A DNA stretch of 63,865 bases, filler included, from Octopus bimaculoides (taxonomy: Eukaryota): NCBI RefSeq assembly GCF_001194135.2. It is 6 parts of 6 records of this genome, joined end to end, with 100 filler letters (N's around TTAATTAATTAA, not from the genome) between each part and the next. Parts side by side here need not be neighbours in the genome. Positions count along the whole stretch, not along the records: positions 62,477 to 63,865 come from NW_026335738.1; 5 more parts are not named here. One strand, given 5' to 3'. This document shows positions 63,507-63,865 of this stretch, in pieces (positions within the stretch are counted from its first letter, which is position 1; the number at the start of each line of letters is the position of its first letter). The position numbers were made by a program, and so were the translations under genes. The notes below the pieces were generated by a model that worked only from the letters and a program-made list of their open reading frames with translations, did no database searches and was not told the origin of the DNA.

Positions 63507-63865
63507 TACTTTTAATCTGCATGTTTGTTACAGTCAACTGAGGAGACACACCCTGCGTCCTAGGGCGAGTGAAGAATAAGAGGTTGTTACAGTGTGAGTG
63601 AAAGCTTGGGGAGGGGAAGTGGCAGGGGTAGTAGCGAAATATCTTCATAAAATAAAACACAGACATTTAAATTGACAGGGATTTTCTAAGGATGTGGGTT
63701 GTACTTGTTATCGCAATCATTAGGATTTCTCTGAAACATGGTTCTCCTGGGATATTATCTAGATGTTTTTAACAACCTTTTCTTATCATACCAGGGGCAC
63801 CCACAATAACAGGATTAGTTCTTGCTTTAAGATGCCACATCTTTTGTATTTCAATTTCCAGGTCC
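63505..63865 (-). mobile_element. R4/Dong 3' end, runs off the window end
   Basis: DLEIEIQKMWHLKARTNPVIVGAPGMI...STTHILRKSLSI*; (ATT)n tail 63474-63505. Confidence 0.8.

Overview
AT-rich, microsatellite-dense eukaryotic DNA that is almost entirely transposon debris. The SINE families and repeat texture look like an Octopus (coleoid cephalopod) genome; this is recognition of repeat sequences, not a database result. No complete protein-coding gene can be supported, only a few isolated exon-like segments (best: 37740-37822, +). Recognisable elements: several tRNA-derived SINE families; R4/Dong-type LINEs (at least 7 pieces, stacked in (AAT)n); CR1, RTE and Tx1 LINE fragments; Penelope-like elements (one with RT + GIY-YIG and an inverted terminal repeat); Tc1/mariner fossils; hAT fossils and a Charlie-type MITE; a near full-length Chapaev3-like transposase; a probable solo LTR; degraded Gypsy pol. 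Most notable: (i) about a dozen type I minimal hammerhead-ribozyme motifs of several architectures, including a 348-bp retrozyme-like unit carrying two hammerheads in opposite orientation (20626-21267) and a tRNA-headed SINE with a hammerhead in its tail (4146-4425); (ii) an R4/Dong insertion flanked by what looks like a ~1-kb target-site duplication (28050-32213); (iii) many fold-back inverted duplications. Five identical 100-bp N44-TTAATTAATTAA-N44 spacers are artificial scaffold joins, so adjacency across them is unproven. TE boundaries are approximate unless termini are quoted.
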